33,077 nt of DNA from Candidatus Rokuibacteriota bacterium (lineage in GTDB: Bacteria > Methylomirabilota > Methylomirabilia > Rokubacteriales > CSP1-6): the NCBI GenBank assembly GCA_046712525.1, contig JBKKCN010000450.1:1-33077 (forward strand). Direction: 5' to 3'. Position numbers and translations under genes: made by a program. Every line of letters begins with the position of its first letter. The first letter of the stretch is position 1. Of this stretch, positions 1 to 6,725 are shown in pieces. The notes beneath the pieces were generated by a model, which worked only from the letters and a program-made list of their open reading frames with translations, was not told the DNA's origin and did no database searches.

Positions 1-541
1 CCTTGGCCTCGTCGATGCCGGCGACGTCGTCGAAGGTCACGCCGGTCTCGTGCTCGACGTACACCTTGGCCTTGCTCTTGCCGATGGCCATGAGCCCTTG
101 TTGCGGGTTGAAGCGGCGCATGAGGACCATCCAGACGCCGACGAAGATGACGGCAGGAAGGACCCAGGAGAGGAGCGCCGAGAGCCAGGTGTTCTCCACG
201 CGCCCGGCGAACTTGACCTTGGCGGCTTCGAGCTCGGCCACCAGCCCGGGATCGTCCACGCGCGCGGTCGTGAACCGGTGCGGCGCGCCCTCCGCGCGCT
301 TCAGCTCCTCGAGCTTCTCCTTGGAGAGCAGCCCTTCGAGGCCGTCGGCCGCGAGCGTGCCGGTGATCGTCTGCTTGTCGAGGACGAGGTTACTGACCTT
401 GCTCTTCTTCACGAGCGCCTTGAACTCGCTGTACGACACGGTCTCCGCGTGCGGCGCGAAGAGCACGGACTGCAGCAGGAAGAGTGCGACCAACGCGACG
501 ATGGAGTAGCCGATCGAGAATTTCCGCTGTTTGGGTTCCAT
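1..541 (-). CDS. ftsH: ATP-dependent zinc metalloprotease FtsH, N-terminal 180 codons (rest lies beyond the window edge)
   Basis: Absent from the ORF track because it is open at position 1. Own reverse-strand translation from ATG 541..539: MEPKQRKFSIGYSIVALVALFLLQSVLFAPHAETVSYSEFKALVKK...WLSALLSWVLPAVIFVGVWMVLMRRFNPQQGLMAIGKSKAKVYVEHETGVTFDDVAGIDEAK. The order TM1, periplasmic domain, TM2, then 'GKSKAK...F.DVAG.DEAK' is the canonical FtsH layout just before the AAA+ module. Confidence 0.85.
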   Translation of the reverse strand, partial: MEPKQRKFSIGYSIVALVALFLLQSVLFAPHAETVSYSEFKALVKKSKVSNLVLDKQTITGTLAADGLEGLLSKEKLEELKRAEGAPHRFTTARVDDPGLVAELEAAKVKFAGRVENTWLSALLSWVLPAVIFVGVWMVLMRRFNPQQGLMAIGKSKAKVYVEHETGVTFDDVAGIDEAK

Positions 542-544
542 TTC

Positions 545-1642
545 TCACGCTCGCCCTTCATCGCCGCGGGCATCCAACCGCTCACGCGCAGCGCGCTCGG
601 TGCACTGGCCTCGATGGCCCTGGAACCGACCGAAATTGGCGTACGGAGGCCACCAGCGAAGCTGGGTTCGCCACGCAATCTCCGCCATACCCCCGAGCCA
701 CCGGCGGGGTACCTGCTGGATCGTCCACTGAGCCCACCGGAGCCGGCGGTACGCCCATCGGTGGGCGAGGACACGCCGGCGGTACTCCGCGAGCCCCTCG
801 CCCAGCGAGAGGCCGCCGTCGATCACCCGCTGGACGCTGAGACCGCACTGCTCCCCGAAGTAGAGGGCCGGGCGGATTCCCTCGGCCGTGAGTGGTAGAC
901 ACTGACCCGCCGCGTCACCGACGATGAAGACAGTGCCGGACGTCGGCGTCCGGAGTCCGGACGGGAAGTAGGCCCCTTGATAGCGGGTGGCCGCGATGCC
1001 GAGCCCATCCATGAACGAGGCCAGAGGCGCCTTGAGCTTGGAGTCGCCGGCGTAACTCCCGACTCCGACGCGACTGGCGGCGCCGGTCGGAAAGATCCAG
1101 CTGATCACGTGCGGGAGAGGGCCCGGGGCCGCCCAGAAGTACAGGGCATCCCCCTGGTAATCCGCAACCGTCTCAAGACCAAAGCTGACTGGACCCGGTG
1201 CTAGATCGCCGGCGTCGCGCAGCCGTGCGCTTCGCCAGCCCGAGCAGTCCACGATGCACGGCGCCTCGAACCGCCCGTTCTCCGTCTCGACTGCGCCGTC
1301 TGTGATCCGGGTGACCGGAGTGCGGAGGACGCGGGCCCCGGTCTGTTCGAGCAACCCACGGCAGAACTCGCGGTAGTCAAAGGTGCAGTAGGGGACGTCC
1401 GAGATATCGTAGAGGACGGTCCGCGTCGGAGTGTGGACCACAGCCGTCCGGTGCACCTGGAGCACGCTCCGTTCAACGCCCAGCGCCTGCGGGACCCACA
1501 AGGGTGTGCCGCAAGCGGACGTCTGCACCTCGCCCACGCCGTGGCGATCCAGTAGAAGAATCCGACCACGAAGTTGGCGGGCAACCGCGAGGCCCGCGAA
1601 GCTCGCGCCCACGATGATGACGTCGTACTGTTTCGTCGTCAT
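545..1642 (-). CDS. FAD-dependent oxidoreductase, geranylgeranyl-reductase-like family
   Basis: 365-aa track ORF. N-terminal dinucleotide fold DVIIVGASFAGLAVA, and later FIVGDAAGQCLPLTAEGIRPA, typical of this flavoprotein family. Stop lies 4 nt before the ftsH ATG. Confidence 0.75.
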   Translation of the reverse strand: MTTKQYDVIIVGASFAGLAVARQLRGRILLLDRHGVGEVQTSACGTPLWVPQALGVERSVLQVHRTAVVHTPTRTVLYDISDVPYCTFDYREFCRGLLEQTGARVLRTPVTRITDGAVETENGRFEAPCIVDCSGWRSARLRDAGDLAPGPVSFGLETVADYQGDALYFWAAPGPLPHVISWIFPTGAASRVGVGSYAGDSKLKAPLASFMDGLGIAATRYQGAYFPSGLRTPTSGTVFIVGDAAGQCLPLTAEGIRPALYFGEQCGLSVQRVIDGGLSLGEGLAEYRRRVLAHRWAYRRLRWAQWTIQQVPRRWLGGMAEIAWRTQLRWWPPYANFGRFQGHRGQCTERAARERLDARGDEGRA

Positions 1643-1666
1643 TGCCCGCTCCCTAAAGTCGCTCTC

Positions 1667-1810
1667 CTACTTCGCGGTGTACTTGCTCGGGGCCTTCTCG
1701 AAGCTGGCCTTGCACCCGGTCGAGCAGAAGTAGTAAGTCTTGCCGTCGTAGGTGACAGTCGTCGCCTTCTTCTCGTCCACGTTCATTCCGCACACGGGAT
1801 CCTTCACCAT
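1667..1810 (-). CDS. YHS (TRASH-type) metal-binding domain protein, 47 aa
   Basis: Below the track size cut-off. Own translation MVKDPVCGMNVDEKKATTVTYDGKTYYFCSTGCKASFEKAPSKYTAK fits the YHS signature DPVCGM...YYFCS..C...F. AAGGAG lies 7 nt upstream of the ATG. Confidence 0.7.
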   Translation of the reverse strand: MVKDPVCGMNVDEKKATTVTYDGKTYYFCSTGCKASFEKAPSKYTAK

Positions 1811-1846
1811 GGTTCGTCTCCTTATCCTTCGTTTTCCGGCCTCCGG

Positions 1847-2107
1847 TCAGTGACACCGCCGGGCTACGAGGTTGTAGATCGGCGTGAAGACCAGGCCCGC
1901 GTAGGCGCCGTACAGGAAGCTCTCGACGAGACCGAGCACGAAGCTCCCCGGGCTCAGCCATCGGAACCCGGGCAGCGTGATCTCCAGGAGCTGCACCATG
2001 TGCAACGTCTTCGGGACCACCAGCCCGTAGAGCACGCACAGCACGAACGAGACCGCGCAGAAGAGTCCCAGGGACCACGTCATGACCTTCCAGTTCAATG
2101 GATGCAT
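1847..2107 (-). CDS. small membrane protein, DUF5676-like (paralog 1)
   Basis: 86-aa track ORF, hydrophobic. The motif LPGFRWLSPGSFVLGLVESFLYGAYAGLVF..YN is shared with 3606..3899 (LPGFKWLGFGSFVLGLIESVLYGAWAGVLY..YN). The family name is from memory. Confidence 0.6.
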   Translation of the reverse strand: MHPLNWKVMTWSLGLFCAVSFVLCVLYGLVVPKTLHMVQLLEITLPGFRWLSPGSFVLGLVESFLYGAYAGLVFTPIYNLVARRCH

Positions 2108-2133
2108 GGGTTTCCTCCCGTTTGCCGCACGGG

Positions 2134-2289
2134 TCAGTGTTGGTGTCCGCCGCCCGGTGAGGAGCCGCCCTTGCCGCGCTCGTCGTCCCGGCGGCCGCGA
2201 CCGCCATGACCACCGTGGCCGAGATGGCAGATCACCATCAAGAGCGCGATCAGAATGAAGAAGCCGTAGTTTCCCAGGAACTCACTCAT
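2134..2289 (-). CDS. DUF2933-like small membrane protein with His/Gly-rich tail, 51 aa
   Basis: Below the track cut-off. Own translation MSEFLGNYGFFILIALLMVICHLGHGGHGGRGRRDDERGKGGSSPGGGHQH: one TM helix followed by C-H-x-G-H-G-G-H-G-G, as in DUF2933 proteins of metal-resistance loci. Confidence 0.5.
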   Translation of the reverse strand: MSEFLGNYGFFILIALLMVICHLGHGGHGGRGRRDDERGKGGSSPGGGHQH

Positions 2290-2301
2290 GGTCGTCCTTC
2301 C

Positions 2302-2664
2302 TCAGCGAAGATCGCGCTGCTTCGCCTCGAATTCGTCCTTGTTGATCTCGCCTCGCGCGTACCTCTCGCGGAGAATGTCGAAGGCCCGATTCGATCGCGA
2401 TTTCTCACCCTGGCCGGCAAGCCAGCGAATGGCGAGCACGATGCCCGTGATCACGACGCCCCAGAACACCAGCATCATCACCATCATCCCGAGCCCCCAG
2501 GCCCCCCACATCCACGACATCGGGTGCATGCCCCCGCCCCACTCCCAGCCGCGCTCCTGGGCCCATGCCAAGCCGGGCGCGCTGGCCCCAGCGACCAGCG
2601 CCGCCAGCACGAGCGCGACATGTCTTCTGACGAAGAAGCCGTAGTTGCCGAAACGCTCGCTCAT
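2302..2664 (-). CDS. SHOCT-domain membrane protein
   Basis: 120-aa track ORF. It has a Trp/Met/Gly-rich TM region (MSWMWGAWGLGMMVMMLVFWGVVITGIVLAI) and the C-terminal SHOCT signature ILRERYARGEINKDEFEAKQRDL. Its ATG overlaps the upstream stop (ATGA). Confidence 0.7.
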   Translation of the reverse strand: MSERFGNYGFFVRRHVALVLAALVAGASAPGLAWAQERGWEWGGGMHPMSWMWGAWGLGMMVMMLVFWGVVITGIVLAIRWLAGQGEKSRSNRAFDILRERYARGEINKDEFEAKQRDLR

Positions 2665-2912
2665 GCCGCGCTCTCTCCTTTCCTGCAGTCTGCGCCGCTG
2701 GTGCGGCCGCCGGCGACGGACCGGAGCGCAGCGAGACGAGCGTGCCCGGCCGCGAGGGCTTCCCCCGGCGTCTCATAGCCCGTCCACTCGCCAGTCCAGC
2801 TGCTGCGTATCAGCGCACCACCTCGATGCCGGTCCACGATCTCCCAGCACCACAGACACGGCTCCGGCAAGAGCCGCACGCGCAAGTCCAGGGCCGCGGC
2901 TGACGCACTCAT
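2661..2912 (-). CDS. hypothetical small protein (83 aa)
   Basis: Track ORF 2661..2924, trimmed to the ATG at 2912 that forms an ATGA overlap with the ICMT stop. Its own stop forms ATGA with the SHOCT start. Sequence: ...CLWCWEIVDRHRGGALIRSSWTGEWTGYETPGEALAAGHARL. No recognised domain. Confidence 0.4.
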   Translation of the reverse strand: MSASAAALDLRVRLLPEPCLWCWEIVDRHRGGALIRSSWTGEWTGYETPGEALAAGHARLAALRSVAGGRTSGADCRKGESAA

Positions 2913-3574
2913 CGCGCGCCCCACCGCGGCTCGGCGGCGCGGCCGGCCCCGAGGCGGGGCACGAACATCGGCACCCGCGCCTCGTACGCGCGATAGGCAT
3001 CACCGAACGCGACCACGGCCTCGCGCTCCTCGCGGCGAGCGAGGCGGTAGTACACCGCGATCAGGATCGGCCAGGTGGCGACCGTGACGAGCGTGGGCCA
3101 CTGCACGAGCATCCCGATGGTGATCAGGAAGAGCCCCGAATACTGGGGATGGCGCACCCACGCGTACGGCCCGTCGGTGACGAGCGCTCCTTGTGCACGG
3201 TGAATCCGGTACCAGCCCGCGCCCATGACGAGGAGCCCGCCGAGCATCAGCCCGTTGGAGACGATGTGGATGACGACCGACATCCCCGCACCCCCGCCGA
3301 GGATCGTGATCCAGAGATGCCCCGACGCGTGCGAGAAGGGATTCAGAGCCGGGTACCGGGTCCCCAGCATTGCCGTCAGGACGTAGATCGTCAGCGGGAA
3401 GCCGTACATCTCGGTGAACAGCGCGATCACGAAGGCCGTGAAGACGCCGAACGACCGCCACTCGCGCCGCTTGACGGGTGTCAGATACGAGAGCGTGAGC
3501 AGCACGAAGATGCCCACGTTGACCAGGACGAGCGACCAGAAGCCGTACCCGAACCCGATGTTCTCACCGTGCAT
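2909..3574 (-). CDS. isoprenylcysteine carboxyl methyltransferase (ICMT/PEMT) family membrane methyltransferase
   Basis: 221-aa polytopic track ORF with the family motif LVTDGPYAWVRHPQYSGLFLITIG and the C-terminal EE..L...FG..Y..Y...VP. Confidence 0.8.
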   Translation of the reverse strand: MHGENIGFGYGFWSLVLVNVGIFVLLTLSYLTPVKRREWRSFGVFTAFVIALFTEMYGFPLTIYVLTAMLGTRYPALNPFSHASGHLWITILGGGAGMSVVIHIVSNGLMLGGLLVMGAGWYRIHRAQGALVTDGPYAWVRHPQYSGLFLITIGMLVQWPTLVTVATWPILIAVYYRLARREEREAVVAFGDAYRAYEARVPMFVPRLGAGRAAEPRWGAR

Positions 3575-3605
3575 GCTGCGCTCCCTTCCTCACCGGCCGG
3601 CCGCT

Positions 3606-3899
3606 TCACGCGGCCCGCACGGTCGTGAGCCGACGCTCGGCCTCGCGGGCGGCGCGCCCCGCGAAGTAGTTGTAGAGCACCGAGTAGAGGACGCCCGCCC
3701 ACGCGCCGTAGAGCACGCTCTCGATCAGGCCCAACACGAAGCTGCCGAAGCCCAGCCACTTGAAGCCGGGCAGGAGCGCTTCCAGCAGCCACGACGGATG
3801 AAAGGCGGCCGGGGCGAGCAACCCATAGCCGACGCAGAGCACGAAGCTGATCGCCCCGAAGCTCGCGAGACTCTTGGTGACGACTTTCCAGTTCAGCAT
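3606..3899 (-). CDS. small membrane protein, DUF5676-like (paralog 2)
   Basis: Track ORF 3606..3962, trimmed to MLNWKV (ATG 3899), which is preceded by GAGGAGGA. Paralogous to 1847..2107. Confidence 0.6.
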   Translation of the reverse strand: MLNWKVVTKSLASFGAISFVLCVGYGLLAPAAFHPSWLLEALLPGFKWLGFGSFVLGLIESVLYGAWAGVLYSVLYNYFAGRAAREAERRLTTVRAA

Positions 3900-4012
3900 G
3901 GCCCGATCCTCCTCTGACTGATCGTCAACAGCGCGACGACAATCACCAAGCTCCAGGTCCACCAGACCTTGCTCAATCGATCGCCTCGTATAGAAAGCAT
4001 CACCCGCATGGA

Positions 4013-4029
4013 ATGCACCCCGAGTGCCA
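4013..4029 (-). promoter_or_regulatory. sigma-54-type -24/-12 promoter candidate (TGGCAC-tcggg-GTGCAT)
   Basis: The reverse complement of 4013..4029 reads TGGCACTCGGGGTGCAT, which has GG-N10-GC spacing and matches 11 of 12 positions of TGGCAC-N5-TTGCA. It lies ~115 nt upstream of the first ATG (3899) of the small-membrane-protein operon. Confidence 0.4.
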
Positions 4030-4186
4030 TGTCGGCGTCATCGGCGCCGTTTCACAAGGTCTTGGATTCCCTTGCTTCCCCGCAGCCCCGCGGGGCGGCG
4101 GCGGAGCGAACGGAGCCTGGGCCCTGGGGCGGGACCGCCACAACAGGGACACGCCCTCCGCACCGCTTGTTCGTCTTCACGCACCC

Positions 4187-4393
4187 TCAGACGAAACCGC
4201 GTCGCCTCAAGTCCCGGAGCACCCGCCAGCCGAAGAGGGCGACAGCCACGACCAGCAGCGGCTGGCCCAGGAACATGAAGGCCGTGAGGGTGTAGGGCGT
4301 CTGTCGAATCAGCAGGGCGAGGCAGGCGAGAATCCCGGCGAGCGTGGTCCCACACCACGACCCAGAGCGCTCGCGGCACCCTTGGTCGTTCAC
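4187..4393 (-). CDS. possible two-TM small membrane protein (68 aa)
   Basis: Track ORF with two hydrophobic helices (TTLAGILACLALLI, GQPLLVVAVALFGW). GTG start with a poorly spaced SD and no homolog recognised. Confidence 0.25.
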   Translation of the reverse strand: MNDQGCRERSGSWCGTTLAGILACLALLIRQTPYTLTAFMFLGQPLLVVAVALFGWRVLRDLRRRGFV

Positions 4394-4608
4394 TCTCCGC
4401 TACGCCAGAGGGTGGGAATGGCACCACGGGTGGCGCTTGAGGCGTAGCGCGCGGTGACGATGTGGCCGGCGGTGGCGCAGGCGAGGGCGCGGCGCCGGCA
4501 GGATGGTGTTTGCTCGTGCCCCTCAGGAGGGGGCTTAAGCGAACACCGTCCCGCCGGCGACGTCATCACCAGTGTGGAGAAGGCGGACCGCAAGAATTTA
4601 GTTTGTGA

Positions 4609-4984
4609 TCACCGTTGCATGAGCTGCATCATCTGGTCGAGCATCTCCTGGTGACGGAGCATCTCCTGCTGGAACATCGCCTGATCCTGCACCGTCTCCA
4701 TGTACGTCGAGTGCTCAGCGATCCGGCGCATCATCTGGTCCATGTCACTCATCTGAGCGCCGGGCGTTCCGGGCGCCGTTGATGGTGAGGCGGAGCCGTT
4801 CATGCCCGGCATGGCGCCACCTTGTGATGCGCCGCCCTGCATCCCACCCTGGGAAGGTGCCGGCGCCTGAGGAGCCTGCGCACCGCTTTTCGGCGCCTGG
4901 GCGTCCATCAACTTTTCGCCGCTCGAGCATGAGGGCAAGAACCTCCTCCGTCATCTGGAAGTGCTTCCTCATCTCCGTATTCAT
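4609..4984 (-). pseudogene. Met/Gln/His-rich low-complexity protein with broken reading frame (needs a 1-nt correction)
   Basis: The N-terminal part is in the frame of 4745..4984 (MNTEMRKHFQMTEEVLALMLE...). The C-terminal part is in the frame of 4609..4938 (...MSDMDQMMRRIAEHSTYMETVQDQAMFQQEMLRHQEMLDQMMQLMQR). Total length is 376 nt, i.e. 125 codons + 1. An A4 run on the coding strand (4913..4916) is the simplest switch point. The ATG at 4984 overlaps the upstream ORF's stop (ATGA). Confidence 0.45.
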
Positions 4985-5178
4985 GACTTGGGACCCTTAA
5001 TCCCTTCCATCTGCTTCCGGTGTGCCTCGGGAGCGGCCTGCTTCTCCGCCAGCTGCTTTTCGACGTGCTGCAGGCGCTCTGAAGACGCTTGGCTCCACAC
5101 CCGCGCTGGCATCAGAACGCCGGTACTCAGCATCGCGGTAATGACGAGGCTTGCGAATACGCCCTTTTAAACTTTCAT
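4981..5178 (-). pseudogene. small putative secreted protein with an in-frame TAA at codon 4 (or an intact 50-aa CDS from ATG 5133)
   Basis: Own translation from ATG 5178: M K V * K G V F A S L V I T A M L S T G V L M P A R V W S Q A S S E R L Q H V E K Q L A E K Q A A P E A H R K Q M E G I K G P K S. It reads as a signal peptide interrupted by TAA (5167..5169). AAGGGA lies upstream of 5178. Confidence 0.3.
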
Positions 5179-5246
5179 CGCTTTCCCTTTCTGGTCCGGT
5201 CGATGTCTTTCGCCACACCACTCCTCACTCGCGATCGGCAGAACGC

Positions 5247-5630
5247 TTATCTCAAGATGGCGATGGCCTCGGTCGCCTTCTCTCTGGCAGTCTTGTGATC
5301 GCGAGCCTCGCACGCAGCTTCCGCTTCGTGTACTAGAAGGGAAGCCCTGCTCATGTTGTCGCCCGCGAGCGCATGCGGGCTCTGAACGTCCTCGCCCCGC
5401 GGGGCCTGCACATCCTGACCACGCGGGGCCTGCACATCCTGATCCCGCGGAGCCTGCACATCCTGGCCGCGCGGAGCCTGAGCGTCCCGAGCGCGGGCGG
5501 CGCTGATCTTCGTGTTCAGCACTTGCTTGGCCTGCGTGACCTCAGGCGGGCAGGTCACCTGTGCCTCGGCAAGCGAACTGAGCGTCATCGTCACCGCGGC
5601 GATCATCACTGCTGAGAGAAGCTTTTGCAT
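5247..5630 (-). CDS. secreted protein with tandem (Q/E)DVQAPRG octapeptide repeats (127 aa)
   Basis: Track ORF 5247..5843, trimmed to MQKLLSAVMIAAVTMTLSSLAEA (signal peptide, ATG 5630). The repeat block is ARDAQAPRGQDVQAPRDQDVQAPRGQDVQAPRGEDVQSP. Two Cys residues flank the repeats. Confidence 0.6.
   Translation of the reverse strand: MQKLLSAVMIAAVTMTLSSLAEAQVTCPPEVTQAKQVLNTKISAARARDAQAPRGQDVQAPRDQDVQAPRGQDVQAPRGEDVQSPHALAGDNMSRASLLVHEAEAACEARDHKTAREKATEAIAILR
5375..5494. repeat. 24-bp tandem repeat, ~5 copies (3 near-identical, 2 degenerate), inside the CDS 5247..5630
   Basis: Units are gcggggcctgcacatcctgaccac (5399..5422), gcggggcctgcacatcctgatccc (5423..5446) and gcggagcctgcacatcctggccgc (5447..5470), with degenerate flanking units at 5375..5398 and 5471..5494. 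Confidence 0.85.
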
Positions 5631-5675
5631 TAGCGCCGTCCCCCCGAGTTGAAATTCAACGACGGTCAATGTGCG

Positions 5676-5691
5676 TGCACAGGGTTTGCCA
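5676..5691 (-). promoter_or_regulatory. sigma-54-type -24/-12 promoter candidate (TGGCAA-accct-GTGCA)
   Basis: The reverse complement of 5676..5691 reads TGGCAAACCCTGTGCA with correct GG-N10-GC spacing. The -12 element is ~45 nt upstream of ATG 5630. Confidence 0.35.
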
Positions 5692-5749
5692 CGTATCTCG
5701 ATTCGGATCGTGCCGCGTAAGGCCCCAAATTGGTTCAGATGGTGGCGAT

Positions 5750-5793
5750 GCCGCAAGCAAAGAAACGAAACGCAAGTGGGGCACCAGCGCCCC
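5750..5793 (-). terminator. intrinsic-terminator-like hairpin plus T-rich tail
   Basis: The minus strand reads GGGGCgctggtGCCCC (5793..5778) followed by acTTGCGTTTCGTTTCTTTGCTTGC. It starts 38 nt downstream of the stop of 5831..6166. Confidence 0.45.
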
Positions 5794-5830
5794 AGCCGAG
5801 GCTCTACGTACCCACGTTTCCAGGTCCGGC

Positions 5831-6166
5831 TCAGTGGTTCCACGTATCCGAATTTTTGATGGCCAGCGGGTGCTCCCGTTCCATCTCCGCGGCCGTCAGC
5901 GTGCCGTGGGTCATCGCACGATTGAGGGGAAAGACGTCGGGGTTGACCACGACGTAGTACAGATGCCAGACCACGATCGCGAGAACGGCCAGCGTCGCCT
6001 CGTAGAAGTGGATCGTCCTGAACAGCTCGAAGGTCCAGTACGGGACGCGGTTCAGCACCGGGACCTCGAACCAGAGCACGAGGCCGGTCGAGATCATCAC
6101 GACCGCGCCCCAGACGGCTGCCCAGTACTCCAGCGTTTTCCGCCGACGCGAACGCCGCGCGGTCAT
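5831..6166 (-). CDS. C-terminal half of a b-type cytochrome (Ni_hydr_CYTB / cytochrome b561-like); probably a truncated remnant
   Basis: The 111-aa track ORF starts at ...RRRKTLEYWAAVWGAVVMISTGLVLWF and continues TIHFYEATLAVLAIVVWHLYYVVVNPDVFP...THGTLTAAEMEREHP. This looks like helices 3-4 with their His ligands. Helices 1-2 are missing, and there is no room for them before the next gene. Confidence 0.55.
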   Translation of the reverse strand: MTARRSRRRKTLEYWAAVWGAVVMISTGLVLWFEVPVLNRVPYWTFELFRTIHFYEATLAVLAIVVWHLYYVVVNPDVFPLNRAMTHGTLTAAEMEREHPLAIKNSDTWNH

Positions 6167-6239
6167 TTGGGCGCCTTCACGATCAGCACGGAACCGTCCG
6201 TCGCCAGCAAGACGCGCATGTCGATGTCCTTTCCCCGTG

Positions 6240-6725
6240 TCACACGCCGTAGTGGTAGGCGAACCCGGCGTTCACCGCAAGATTGCTCTTCACGCCGCGG
6301 CAGCCCTCGATCGACCAGGCCGTGGTCTCGATAGCGGCGCGCTCCGCCTCGCTGCCGACGAGGCCCCACAGCTCGACGACACCGTCGTCGGCGGAGACGA
6401 CCAGCCCGTGATCCGTCATCCACGGCTGCTCGTTCAACCGGCGGCGCAGCTCGTCGGCAAGGGCATTGCCGGTGCGCGCCGGCGCCATCGAGCGCGGCGC
6501 CGCCAAGAGCTTCACGAGATCGCCGCGACTGACGATGCCGACGACCTTGCCCTCCGCGACGACGGGCAGCCGGCGGATGTTGCGCGCATGCAGCAGCTGC
6601 GCCGCCACCGAGACGTCGACCCCGACGCCGATCGAGATCACCGCGCGCGTCATGACGTCGCGGACCATGGTGCCGATCCGCTTGCGGTAATCGCGGGCGA
6701 TCTTTTCGCCATCGTCGAAGAACAT
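6240..6725 (-). CDS. CBS + BON domain protein (only one CBS motif; possibly N-terminally truncated)
   Basis: 161-aa track ORF. It has one CBS unit (VRDVMTRAVISIG...NIRRLPVVAEGKVVGIVSRGDLVKLL) followed by a BON-like C-terminus (VVSADDGVVELWGLVGSEAERAAIETTAWSIEGCRGVKSNLAV). The likely true start is MVRDVM at 6668. Confidence 0.65.
   Translation of the reverse strand: MFFDDGEKIARDYRKRIGTMVRDVMTRAVISIGVGVDVSVAAQLLHARNIRRLPVVAEGKVVGIVSRGDLVKLLAAPRSMAPARTGNALADELRRRLNEQPWMTDHGLVVSADDGVVELWGLVGSEAERAAIETTAWSIEGCRGVKSNLAVNAGFAYHYGV

Noticed and set aside
1653-2213. 186-aa minus-strand ORF spanning the YHS/DUF5676/DUF2933 region
   Set aside because: It overlaps three short genes that have recognisable motifs and SD sites in other frames. 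Its own sequence is Arg/Gly/Pro-rich and featureless.
4400-4447. 7-bp inverted repeat CTACGCC...GGCGTAG enclosing a plus-strand TGGCAC-cacgg-GTGGC
   Set aside because: The -12 GC is displaced by one position relative to the sigma-54 consensus, and no plus-strand gene follows. The inverted repeat is short with a 34-nt loop. Probably chance.
5690-5858. Repeated ccacgtatc(tc)gaatt at 5690 and 5841
   Set aside because: The match is only ~15 nt and imperfect. One copy lies inside a coding region. The evidence is too short to claim a repeat element.
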